The notes under the pieces are model-generated. The model was not told the origin of the DNA and did not search any database. It was given only the letters and a program-made list of their open reading frames with translations. Position numbers and translations under genes: made by a program. A stretch of DNA of 64,000 bases from Bacteroidia bacterium (GTDB lineage: Bacteria; Bacteroidota; Bacteroidia; NS11-12g; UBA9320): positions 751-64,750 of the forward strand of contig JAQWNJ010000014.1 of NCBI GenBank assembly GCA_029268695.1, in the 5' to 3' direction. This document shows, piece by piece, positions 55,421 to 64,000 of the stretch (its first letter is position 1; every line of letters starts with the position of its first letter).

Positions 55421-55788
55421 ATGAAAACTCATCAACAAATTCTAGGTCAAGAGGGGGAAGATATTTCAGTAAAATATTTGTTAATAAAGGGTATGTTATT
55501 CTCAAACGAAATTACAGAAATGGTCATGCTGAAATTGATATTATTGCTCAAATCGAGAAACAACTTGTAATTGTAGAAGTAAAGACAAGAAATACTTCTA
55601 AATATGGTAACCCAGAACAAAGCGTTTCCATAAAAAAACAACAGCTATTAGCACAAGCAACTGAGGCCTACTTATTAAAATACAATTTAGATTTAACAGT
55701 CAGGTATGATATTATTTCGATCATAAAAAACCAATACAAAACTGAAGTCACTCATCTTGAGGATGCGTTTTGGCCAGGGCTTTATTAA
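55421..55788 (+). pseudogene. yraN: YraN-family protein (UPF0102) split by a -1 frameshift near 55486-55492
   Basis: Frame 0 gives MKTHQQILGQEGEDISVKYLLIKG; the -1 frame continues YVILKRNYRNGHAEIDIIA...IVEVKTR...RYDIISI...HLEDAFWPGLY*. Length 368 nt = 3n+2. Confidence 0.9.
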
Positions 55789-55790
55789 AT

Positions 55791-57077
55791 TTAAAGCTTG
55801 ACTAGCTTCTTTCGAATGATTTGACTACTCCCTGAGGTCACAATTGCGGTGTAGATTCCTTTTGTAAGACTAGTTAAGTCTAATTGATGCCAATTATTGT
55901 TGGGGTTTATCTTTTCCAGAAACAGACACTTGCCATGGATATCTATAATCGATAAATGACCCTCCATGGGAAGTTGCATTTTCCATGTCAATAAATCTCT
56001 AACCGGGTTATTCATAATTAGATAGTTATCCTTTACAAAATTTGATGAATGAGCTGTTGTTCTATTAACCTTGAGTTGCAATGAAACGGGCAAATGGTCA
56101 CTCATTTTATATAGGGCGTCTAAAACATCCCCGGGTACTGAACTATTTGAGCCCGAATTTAGATTGGCATTGAAATGTCGTCCATCATTACCCAAAGCCT
56201 CATAACTCCCGATCACATAGCCATAGCCCCTTTCATTAGATATAATTTCTTGACCACACAATACAAAATCAAATCGATCGTCTAATCCACCTCCTGAATG
56301 ACAATTACTACTTACACGAGTACTTTGTGTGTGAATAGATGCAAAAGAACTATTATTATTCCATGAACCCGATTTTTTAATTGGGTCTTTAAAACGAATA
56401 GATGCATTTGGGTTGCCTACTAAATTTATAAACCCTTGCTCGTTACTAGTATAGGTATTAAAATCTCCAGAAATAATATAGCTATGGTTGGATTGATAAT
56501 TTATAGAATGGTAATCCATAATGGACTCCGTAGCTTGAGCTCTCTCCGAGACATTTGAAGAAGTATTCCCCGCTTTTAAGTGAGCTACATAAATAGTAAG
56601 ATAATTTGTGTCACCCAACTCCAATTCAGAATTATCTAGATAATAAAGTGTATACACATCAATTTGCCTCACCAATTGAGTCTTATTTAATGCCCTATCA
56701 ATTTTATCTTGTTTGACTAACATAAACTTGTTCTTGTTATAGTAAAGCATATTTGACAAACTTGAATTAGCAGAATAATTGGCTTGTTTATAAAAGTTTC
56801 TACCGTCTTGGTTTAATGCATTTGTAAGCAATCGATTTGCACCAGTGCCCCCATCTCCAACCATTTCATTCACTGTTATAATATCTGGCATTAAATATCC
56901 AACAATAGTTTTCATATAATCATCTTTGTTGGTTGGGCTATTATTGCTGGAAGTACAATAGTTTGTGATATTTCTATAATTCAATAAATTATAATGCATA
57001 AACTGAATCGTATCTGTAATGGTCTGACCCCAACAAAAACTTACGCTAAATATTAATAACAGTGTAATTTTTCTCAT
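55791..57077 (-). CDS. Secreted endonuclease/exonuclease/phosphatase-family protein with T9SS type A CTD
   Basis: YNLLNY, PDIITVNE, AHLKAG, SGDFN, RFDFVL and SDHLPV motifs; C-terminal NNPVRD...KGIY...KKLVKL. Confidence 0.88.
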   Translation of the reverse strand: MRKITLLLIFSVSFCWGQTITDTIQFMHYNLLNYRNITNYCTSSNNSPTNKDDYMKTIVGYLMPDIITVNEMVGDGGTGANRLLTNALNQDGRNFYKQANYSANSSLSNMLYYNKNKFMLVKQDKIDRALNKTQLVRQIDVYTLYYLDNSELELGDTNYLTIYVAHLKAGNTSSNVSERAQATESIMDYHSINYQSNHSYIISGDFNTYTSNEQGFINLVGNPNASIRFKDPIKKSGSWNNNSSFASIHTQSTRVSSNCHSGGGLDDRFDFVLCGQEIISNERGYGYVIGSYEALGNDGRHFNANLNSGSNSSVPGDVLDALYKMSDHLPVSLQLKVNRTTAHSSNFVKDNYLIMNNPVRDLLTWKMQLPMEGHLSIIDIHGKCLFLEKINPNNNWHQLDLTSLTKGIYTAIVTSGSSQIIRKKLVKL

Positions 57078-57315
57078 TCAACTTCGAAGATATGTAATGA
57101 TAGTTGATATGTTAAATTTTATCATACCAATCCTAATAACAAATTAATTTAGACCCCCTATATTTAGTGAATAAATCACTAATAGCCAGTATTTTACGAT
57201 TAGTTCATTTGTTCTTGCTAAAAAGTTTTTTTACACAACTTTAAAAATACTTCATTTCATGCTTGACTTATTCCATTAATCGTAGACTTTTGCAGTGAAA
57301 GATTAACTAACAACC

Positions 57316-57660
57316 ATGGAAAATATATTAATTGTTTTAGCAATTCTAATTATTGGATCAGCACTTGGGGGGACCCAGCTACCCAAATTACCAGGAGCTA
57401 TTCTATCATTAGGTGCATTATTTCTTGCCTTATTTAATTCTCACGCTCGCGAAAATATGGCGAGTATTTTCTACTCAATCCCCATCATACTAGTTGTAGT
57501 TGGAGTAATGTCTTACCTGGCTGAAAAAAGATTAATGGCGGAAGGTGATAATTCGTCAACCATGACAAAACTACTTGGAGGTTCTATCTTTCAAGTTGTC
57601 TTCATCATGGTCTTGACAACATACTTCTTATCGACATTCTTCTTTCCTTATTTCAGCTAA
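57316..57660 (+). CDS. Small hypothetical membrane protein (about 4 TM segments)
   Basis: 114 aa, strongly hydrophobic, ATG preceded by an A-rich leader. Confidence 0.65.
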   Translation: MENILIVLAILIIGSALGGTQLPKLPGAILSLGALFLALFNSHARENMASIFYSIPIILVVVGVMSYLAEKRLMAEGDNSSTMTKLLGGSIFQVVFIMVLTTYFLSTFFFPYFS

Positions 57661-57709
57661 TTTAGATTGCTTTAATTCCAAGTGATTGGATTTAACGAAT
57701 AGAATTGAC

Positions 57710-58219
57710 ATGGAACTCACAATTGTAATAGTAGGCATTCTATTAATCTCTATTGGATTTGTTGGCAGCATTGTTCCGGGAATACCGGGTCCACCAATAG
57801 CTTATCTTTCGTTAATCATTCTTTTACTTATTGATAAACTCAGAGTCCAATTGTCTGAGAACAATTATTTTGTATTAGTAAGTCTTGGCATTGTAACGAT
57901 TTTAATTACTATAATTGATTTTTATTTACCTATTTGGGGTACCAAAAAATTTGGAGGCACTTCATCCGGAACTACAGGTAGCACTATAGGTTTAATCCTC
58001 GCAATTTTACTTACAATTTTCACCTCTGGTTTTGGTGTTTTTTTATTAGTATTAGGTCCATTTATTGGGGCTTATTTAGGTGAAAAAATCTCAGGAAATC
58101 CCAATGAAGTCGCTTTAAAATCTGCTTTGGGTTCTTTCATAGGATTTATAAGTGGTACATTTATGAAGCTAATCCTAGTCCTAGTTATCACAGTACACTT
58201 TGCGTCATTATTAATCTAA
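57710..58219 (+). CDS. DUF456 family membrane protein (probable start 57710)
   Basis: GSIVPGIPGPP, GTKKFGGT..G..GST and GPFIGAYLGE motifs. Confidence 0.88.
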   Translation: MELTIVIVGILLISIGFVGSIVPGIPGPPIAYLSLIILLLIDKLRVQLSENNYFVLVSLGIVTILITIIDFYLPIWGTKKFGGTSSGTTGSTIGLILAILLTIFTSGFGVFLLVLGPFIGAYLGEKISGNPNEVALKSALGSFIGFISGTFMKLILVLVITVHFASLLI

Positions 58220-59404
58220 ATCAACCATATCTGCTATCGTCCTCCCAATACTCAAGGATGACGTAGCTGCAGGACTAGGTGCATTTATAACATGTATAGC
58301 TCTCTTTTCAGTTATGAGTTTAAAATCATCTAAAAGTCCTCCTTTTCTATCACATGCTTGTGCCCGAACACCTGCAGGAGACTCTACTAAATGCTCCTCT
58401 TTTATCTCAGGAATTAGTCTCTGAAGAGCCTTTGTGAAGGCTTTCTTACTAAAAGACCGATACATCTCACCAAGTCCTGTTTTCCAATATTTGAACATGA
58501 CCTTTTGAAATCCAGGCCATAATAAGCTAGCTAAAAACTCTTTAAAATCAAAGTCTGTTCGCTTATACCCCTCTTTTTTGAATGCAAAAACAGCATTGGG
58601 ACCAGCCTCTATACCTCCTGATATCATGCGAGTGAAATGAACACCCAAAAATGGGAATGCTGGGTCTGGAACAGGGTAAATTAAGTGTTTAACTAGATGC
58701 TCTGCCTCTGCTGTCAGTTCATAATACTCGCCACGAAATGGGATAATTTTTGTATCAACAGTTCCTAAGTGCATTGAAGCGACTTTATCAGAGTATAGCC
58801 CAGCACAATTAATTACCATGTCACATTCTACAAAACTTTTATTTGTGACTATTTGTACTTCGTTTTCATTCTCATCAATACTTCTAACAATTGTATTAAG
58901 GTGTATTTCGCCTCCCAAGGATTTAATCTTTTCAGCAAGCTTGATACATACTGCTCGATAATCAACAATTCCTGTTTGTGGTACACGAATACCTTGAATC
59001 CCAGCTAAATGAGGCTCGATTTCCTTTAATCGATTCTTATCCAGCAATTCTAACCCTTCCAAACCATTCTCTCTCCCTCGATCATACAAGTCTCTCAATC
59101 GACCAAGTTCAGATTGATCAGTGGCAACTACTACCTTCCCACACAAATCATAGGGAATGTTATTTTCATTGCAGAAATCGATGAGCATTTTATAGCCCTC
59201 GATACAATTTTTTGCCTTTAAACTACCTGGTTTATAGTATAACCCCGAATGAATAACACCACTATTATTACCCGTTTGATGAAACGCTAATTCTGATTCT
59301 TTCTCTAAAACAACTACCTTTTTACCATTATATTTTTGGATCAAATGATAAGCTGTCGATAGCCCTACAATTCCTCCTCCTACAATTGCAATATCTGCAC
59401 GCAT
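58211..59404 (-). CDS. lhgO: L-2-hydroxyglutarate oxidase
   Basis: IVGGGIVG, HQTGNNSGVIHSGLYYKPGSLKA, YPVPDPAFPFLGVH and NAPSPAATSS motifs. Confidence 0.93.
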   Translation of the reverse strand: MRADIAIVGGGIVGLSTAYHLIQKYNGKKVVVLEKESELAFHQTGNNSGVIHSGLYYKPGSLKAKNCIEGYKMLIDFCNENNIPYDLCGKVVVATDQSELGRLRDLYDRGRENGLEGLELLDKNRLKEIEPHLAGIQGIRVPQTGIVDYRAVCIKLAEKIKSLGGEIHLNTIVRSIDENENEVQIVTNKSFVECDMVINCAGLYSDKVASMHLGTVDTKIIPFRGEYYELTAEAEHLVKHLIYPVPDPAFPFLGVHFTRMISGGIEAGPNAVFAFKKEGYKRTDFDFKEFLASLLWPGFQKVMFKYWKTGLGEMYRSFSKKAFTKALQRLIPEIKEEHLVESPAGVRAQACDRKGGLLDDFKLITEKRAIHVINAPSPAATSSLSIGRTIADMVDLD

Positions 59405-59553
59405 ACATTTACAAATTAAATACTTAACAATTAACTAGCTATAGTAGTATGTGTAAATATCCCCATTCTATTTATATCAAATTTCTATCTTGAATAAATT
59501 TATGACTCAAAAACACAAACATTAACCAGTCATAATCAATTACCTTTGTAACG

Positions 59554-60573
59554 ATGCATAGAATAGAGGAAATTTTAAAAGAGCGAATCCTATTTTTGGA
59601 TGGAGCAATGGGAACCATGATTCAAAAACACAAGTTATCTGAATCAGAATACAGAGGGAGACGATTTAAAGATTATGAGCATCCATTAAAAGGTAACAAT
59701 GACCTTTTATCAATCACACAACCCCATATAATTTCGGATATCCATAATCAATTCCTAGAGGTTGGTGCTGATATCATTGAAACCAATACCTTTAATAGCA
59801 CAAAGGTTTCTATGGCAGATTATCATATGGAGGATTTAGTAGTTGAACTAAATATGGCATCTGCAAAATTAGCTAGAGCTTGTGCTGATAAATACACCAA
59901 AAAAAATCCAAATAAACCGCGATATGTAGCTGGTAGTATTGGTCCCACCAATAAAACAACCTCTCTTTCTCCTGATGTTAATAACCCTGGATTCAGAGCT
60001 ATCGATTTTGATGAATTGGTAATTGCCTATAAAGAGCAAGCCAAAGCTTTGGCAGAGGGTGGAGTCGATATATTTTTGATTGAAACTGTATTTGATACGC
60101 TCAATTGTAAAGCAGCAATTTATGCTATTTTAGAACTCAAGGAAGAAAAACAGCTAGATTTACCAATCATGATAAGTGGTACAATTACTGATGCCAGCGG
60201 AAGAACATTAAGCGGACAAACAGTAGAAGCATTTTGGTATAGCATAAGCCATTCCAATCCGCTTAGTGTTGGGTTGAATTGTGCGTTGGGTGCAGATCAA
60301 ATGCGTCCATTCATAAAGGAGCTCAGTGAAAAGGCTTGGTGTAGAGTCTCTGCTCATCCAAATGCTGGTTTACCCAATGAATTTGGTGAATATGACGAAA
60401 CTCCAGAAAGCATGAGTAAAGTTGTGGGGGAATTTGCATCAAGTGGATACCTAAACATCGTAGGAGGATGCTGCGGAACCACACCAGAACACCTGAAGGC
60501 AATTATTGACGTAGTGAGTCTTGAAAAACCCCGTGCAATCCCGGAGCTAAAAAGTGAATGGGTTAACGCTTGA
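59554..60573 (+). CDS. metH: Homocysteine S-methyltransferase domain (N-terminal part of split B12-dependent methionine synthase)
   Basis: [38 protein letters not shown] and [10 protein letters not shown] motifs; ends after the Hcy domain. Confidence 0.9.
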   Translation: MHRIEEILKERILFLDGAMGTMIQKHKLSESEYRGRRFKDYEHPLKGNNDLLSITQPHIISDIHNQFLEVGADIIETNTFNSTKVSMADYHMEDLVVELNMASAKLARACADKYTKKNPNKPRYVAGSIGPTNKTTSLSPDVNNPGFRAIDFDELVIAYKEQAKALAEGGVDIFLIETVFDTLNCKAAIYAILELKEEKQLDLPIMISGTITDASGRTLSGQTVEAFWYSISHSNPLSVGLNCALGADQMRPFIKELSEKAWCRVSAHPNAGLPNEFGEYDETPESMSKVVGEFASSGYLNIVGGCCGTTPEHLKAIIDVVSLEKPRAIPELKSEWVNA

Positions 60574-60576
60574 AGG

Positions 60577-61446
60577 TTATCTAAGAATATCAAACATCTT
60601 TGATCCGATTCCTGCTGGGGAATCCACCACGTGAATTCCGCACTCTCTCATAATAGCTTTTTTAGCAGAAGCTGTGTCTTCATCGCCTCCTACAATAGCT
60701 CCAGCATGCCCCATTGTTCTTCCCGCAGGAGCCGTTTCACCGGCTATGAAACCTACTACTGGTTTAGTCCCAAATTCTTTTATGTAACGAGCTGCTTCAG
60801 CTTCCATACTACCCCCAATTTCACCAATCATAACAATTCCATCTGTCTCGGAATCGCTCATTAATAGTTCAATGGCATCTTTCATTGAAGTTCCTATGAT
60901 AGGATCTCCACCAATTCCTATTGCAGTTGTAACTCCCATACCTGCTTTGACCACTTGATCTACTGCCTCATATGTTAGTGTGCCAGACTTAGATACAATG
61001 CCTATGCTACCCTTTTTAAAGATAAATCCAGGCATAATACCCACTTTAGCCTCGTCTGCTGTTATGATTCCAGGACAATTAGGTCCGATCAATCTGCTAT
61101 TTGTGTTGGATAAATAAGCTTTTACTTTTACCATGTCAGCTACTGGGATACCCTCAGTAATACATACAATTACGCCAATACCAGCTTCTGCAGCTTCCAT
61201 GATAGCGTCTCCAGCAAATGGTGGTGGGACAAATATGATGCTAGTATCTGCTCCTGTTTGTTTCACAGCTTCTTCCACAGTATTAAAAACGGGCTTAGCT
61301 AGATGAGAAGTTCCTCCTTTCCCAGGAGTTACTCCTCCAACAACTTGAGTGCCATACTCAATCATCTGACCAGCATGAAAACTGCCTTCACTTCCTGTAA
61401 ACCCTTGAACAATTATCTTAGAATCTTTATTTACTAATACGGACAT
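60577..61446 (-). CDS. sucD: Succinyl-CoA ligase alpha subunit
   Basis: [21 protein letters not shown] and RTMGHAGAI (phospho-His) motifs. Confidence 0.97.
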   Translation of the reverse strand: MSVLVNKDSKIIVQGFTGSEGSFHAGQMIEYGTQVVGGVTPGKGGTSHLAKPVFNTVEEAVKQTGADTSIIFVPPPFAGDAIMEAAEAGIGVIVCITEGIPVADMVKVKAYLSNTNSRLIGPNCPGIITADEAKVGIMPGFIFKKGSIGIVSKSGTLTYEAVDQVVKAGMGVTTAIGIGGDPIIGTSMKDAIELLMSDSETDGIVMIGEIGGSMEAEAARYIKEFGTKPVVGFIAGETAPAGRTMGHAGAIVGGDEDTASAKKAIMRECGIHVVDSPAGIGSKMFDILR

Positions 61447-61612
61447 AATTTTAAGTTGAGCAAAGGTATTTTTTTTGGTAATATCTAAAAGATAAAACTA
61501 CGTAATATCTATTTAAAAGCACTCACCAAAGGATCTATCTCTTGTATGTCAACGATGCCAATTTGTACTATTTTTTAATTTACATAGCTTTGTAGTTCAA
61601 ATTTAAAATTCG

Positions 61613-62107
61613 ATGGCTAAGATTATCATAGACAACAGCTCTTACAGTATTCAAAAGACAAATGAAGCCACACTTATAGATCAAGTTGAAGTTGTATATG
61701 ATCTTCTTGAAACTGGTGACAATAATTACCATCTAATCTACAATAGACAATCCTTCAATATTGAGGTTTTAAATAAAAACACGCATTCAGGCAAACTAAC
61801 TTTAAAAATTAATGGTAGAGTAATCTCAACTCAACTTCAAAATAAACTTGCTGACCTTCTCAAAAAAATGGGAATGGATAACAACAAGAAAAAGCTGAAA
61901 GACCTCAAAGCACCCATGCCAGGACTTGTATTGGAAATTATGGTGAAAGAAGGTGAAGAAGTTACAGAAGGGCAGGAATTAATCGTTTTGGAAGCCATGA
62001 AGATGGAGAATGCAATTAAATCACCTCAAGATGGTAAAATCAAAAAAATAGCAATTAAAAATCAAGATAAAATTGATAAAAATCACACACTTTTATCATT
62101 TGAGTAA
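61613..62107 (+). CDS. Biotin carboxyl carrier / biotin-lipoyl domain protein
   Basis: KAPMPG and LEAMKMEN biotinylation motif. Confidence 0.92.
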   Translation: MAKIIIDNSSYSIQKTNEATLIDQVEVVYDLLETGDNNYHLIYNRQSFNIEVLNKNTHSGKLTLKINGRVISTQLQNKLADLLKKMGMDNNKKKLKDLKAPMPGLVLEIMVKEGEEVTEGQELIVLEAMKMENAIKSPQDGKIKKIAIKNQDKIDKNHTLLSFE

Positions 62108-62176
62108 ATTATTAATACAACCCGTATTCATTTAAACTCTTGACACTAAAATAAACCATTTGATTTAAATTAAAAC

Positions 62177-63214
62177 ATGAAAAAATTATTTGCATGTTCA
62201 TTACTTTTCGGACTCATTTTTAACGCATTTGGTCAAAATGATGCATTGGAATTAAAAAAACAAGAATTAGAAAAGGCTAGATCCTCACTAGTCAATGCAC
62301 AAAACAGAGTGAATTCCATTGAACAAGAAATTGCAAGACTTACACCTCCTGAGTACTGGAAAAAAGGAGGGTTTAGTGCACTTAACTTAAACTCATTAGG
62401 TTTGACTAATTGGGCTGCTGGAGGTGTTTCAGCTAATTCTGTAACTGCTATTGGGAATATTTACAGAAACTATAAAAAAGATAAAATCGAATGGAGAAAT
62501 AACTTGGATTTAGCATACGGATTAATCAAAAATGATGAAGAAACACTTCGAAAAAATGAAGACAAAATTGACTTTTTAACAAAAGTGAATTACAGCATAA
62601 CTGACAAATTAAGTTATTCAAGTCTGTTGAACTTCAAATCACAATTTGCACCAGGTTTTGATTTTTCTGATCCAACAATTGAAGATAAAGACAGAACTGA
62701 AATTTCTAAATTTTTAGCCCCTGGCTATCTCACTACCTCTATTGGGGTAAATTACAGTTTCACTAACTATTTTTCTCTATATTTATCACCTGCAACCGGG
62801 AAATTCACCTTTGTAAATGATGACTCTATAGCTGCACAAAACATCTACATTCCCGCTACAATGGATGAAAATGGAGTTCAATTTTATAATAATCAATACA
62901 GAGTTGAGTTTGGTGCTTTAATTAACATTCAATTTAAAAAAGATATTACCAAAAAAATTAACCTCACCTCTACTCTAAATCTTTTTAACAACTTCACTGA
63001 TGTAAATTCGGCTAACCGAAAAAATATTGATGTCAACTGGGAGACTATGATAAACATGAAACTCACTGAATATATTAGTTTTAGTTTCTATACCAATTTA
63101 ATTCATGATAATGACGTGGCTATTCCACTATATGATGGGAATACAATTGTTGGATCTGGCCCTCGCACACAATTTAAACGACTTCTCGGTATTGGATTTT
63201 CCTATAAATTTTGA
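62177..63214 (+). CDS. DUF3078 outer-membrane protein with N-terminal coiled coil
   Basis: WKKGG, NWAAGG, RKNEDKI, FKSQFAPG and FLAPGY motifs; C-terminal LGIGFSYKF. Confidence 0.85.
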   Translation: MKKLFACSLLFGLIFNAFGQNDALELKKQELEKARSSLVNAQNRVNSIEQEIARLTPPEYWKKGGFSALNLNSLGLTNWAAGGVSANSVTAIGNIYRNYKKDKIEWRNNLDLAYGLIKNDEETLRKNEDKIDFLTKVNYSITDKLSYSSLLNFKSQFAPGFDFSDPTIEDKDRTEISKFLAPGYLTTSIGVNYSFTNYFSLYLSPATGKFTFVNDDSIAAQNIYIPATMDENGVQFYNNQYRVEFGALINIQFKKDITKKINLTSTLNLFNNFTDVNSANRKNIDVNWETMINMKLTEYISFSFYTNLIHDNDVAIPLYDGNTIVGSGPRTQFKRLLGIGFSYKF

Positions 63215-63268
63215 GCACGTTAGATTAGATCCTCAGATTTATCATTAAAGCCTTAATTTTGTATCAAT

Positions 63269-63634
63269 TTGAAGCAAGTTACTGCTATATTATTTTCTCT
63301 AATACTATTATTCCCTAGCATTGGATTCAGTATGGTCATTGATGCTTGTTGTGTTACCGATTTTGAAACGTGTTGTTCACAAGATTATAATCCCACATCC
63401 TGTCATGAAACGATCGATCAAGATAATTGTAATGATTTTGTCTTAATTGTGTTGCCCCCAAATCAAATTGATTTTACCCCCCAAAAAACATTAAACATAC
63501 CAATCAGTTTACCCATTATATTAAAAGTCAAACTACATGTTTTAACTAATCTATGCAATAGGTATAGAATAGTTTGTTCAAATTATATTGACATTAATAG
63601 TCACCCCAGTATTTTTCAGGTTTTTTTATGTTAG
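63269..63634 (+). CDS. Cys-rich signal-peptide protein (HYC_CC_PP-like), upstream of a TonB-dependent receptor
   Basis: TTG start, hydrophobic N-terminus, two CC pairs, 9 Cys in total, C-terminal HPSIFQVFLC; TAATTTTG promoter at 63254-63261. Confidence 0.7.
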   Translation: MKQVTAILFSLILLFPSIGFSMVIDACCVTDFETCCSQDYNPTSCHETIDQDNCNDFVLIVLPPNQIDFTPQKTLNIPISLPIILKVKLHVLTNLCNRYRIVCSNYIDINSHPSIFQVFLC

Positions 63635-63685
63635 TTGATAGTTTTTTTAAACTTTTAATTCTAACAATAACCCAATAAAATATTC

Positions 63686-64000
63686 ATGAAAAACATAATA
63701 ATAATGTTCTTTATGCTGATTGGTATAAATTTATATGCTCAGCAAGAAGTTCAAAAAATAAAAGGAAATGTAATTTTCAACTCATCAAGAGGACAAGTGC
63801 CTTTAGTTGGAGCCTTTGTTCACTGGAGTGGGAATTCTTCTGGTGTTTTCACAAATAACAAAGGTCAATTTATAATTAAAAATAAAGATAATGATAGACT
63901 AGTTGCATCATTTTCTTCATATAAATCAGATACCATCCTCATCAATAAAATAGACTCTAATTATCTAATTATATTAGAGGAACAAAATGATTTAAAAACG
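63686..64000 (+). CDS. Probable TonB-dependent receptor, 5' part (runs off window end)
   Basis: Manual translation MKNIIIMFFMLIGINLYAQQEVQKIKGNV...VPLVGAFVHWSGNSSGVFTNNKGQFII...LVASFSSYKSDTI: signal peptide plus CarboxypepD_reg-like domain. Confidence 0.75.
   Translation, partial: MKNIIIMFFMLIGINLYAQQEVQKIKGNVIFNSSRGQVPLVGAFVHWSGNSSGVFTNNKGQFIIKNKDNDRLVASFSSYKSDTILINKIDSNYLIILEEQNDLKT

Noticed and set aside
59405..59553. SAM or cobalamin riboswitch before metH
   Set aside because: No conserved aptamer core was recognised, and the -7 element sits 5 nt from the ATG.
61478..61511. GTAATATCTA direct repeat (61478 and 61502) between sucD and the biotin carrier gene
   Set aside because: Only two AT-rich 10-mers; plausible by chance, with no supporting context.

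Overview
AT-rich, gene-dense chromosomal segment of a Bacteroidota bacterium. The assignment rests on a SusC/SusD pair, T9SS cargo with type A and B C-terminal domains, a PorV/PorQ-family barrel, TAnnTTTG -7 promoters, Gln after most signal peptides, and the rplM-rpsI-rpsB-tsf-pyrH order. Content is mostly housekeeping: murA, grpE-dnaJ, hutU, dapA, ligA, crcB, tsaD, tamB, uvrC, pabB, murQ, dcd, dnaG, lhgO, the N-terminal half of metH, and sucD. I saw no rRNA, tRNA, CRISPR array, integrase or transposase. The notable signals are regulatory and structural. (1) A Cys-rich, signal-peptide-bearing ORF whose 3' end can fold over the translation start of the next TonB-dependent receptor gene, a candidate ribosome-stalling metal sensor. 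(2) A sigma54-like promoter with a 12-bp inverted repeat before grpE-dnaJ. (3) A triple 11-bp direct repeat before susC. (4) Many apparently leaderless genes, several with GTG/TTG starts. (5) Five lesioned genes: in-frame TAA in grpE, in-frame TAG in a T9SS cargo gene, a -1 frameshift in yraN at a slippery-like heptamer, and two apparent large internal deletions. All family assignments come from recognising motifs by eye; no searches were run.
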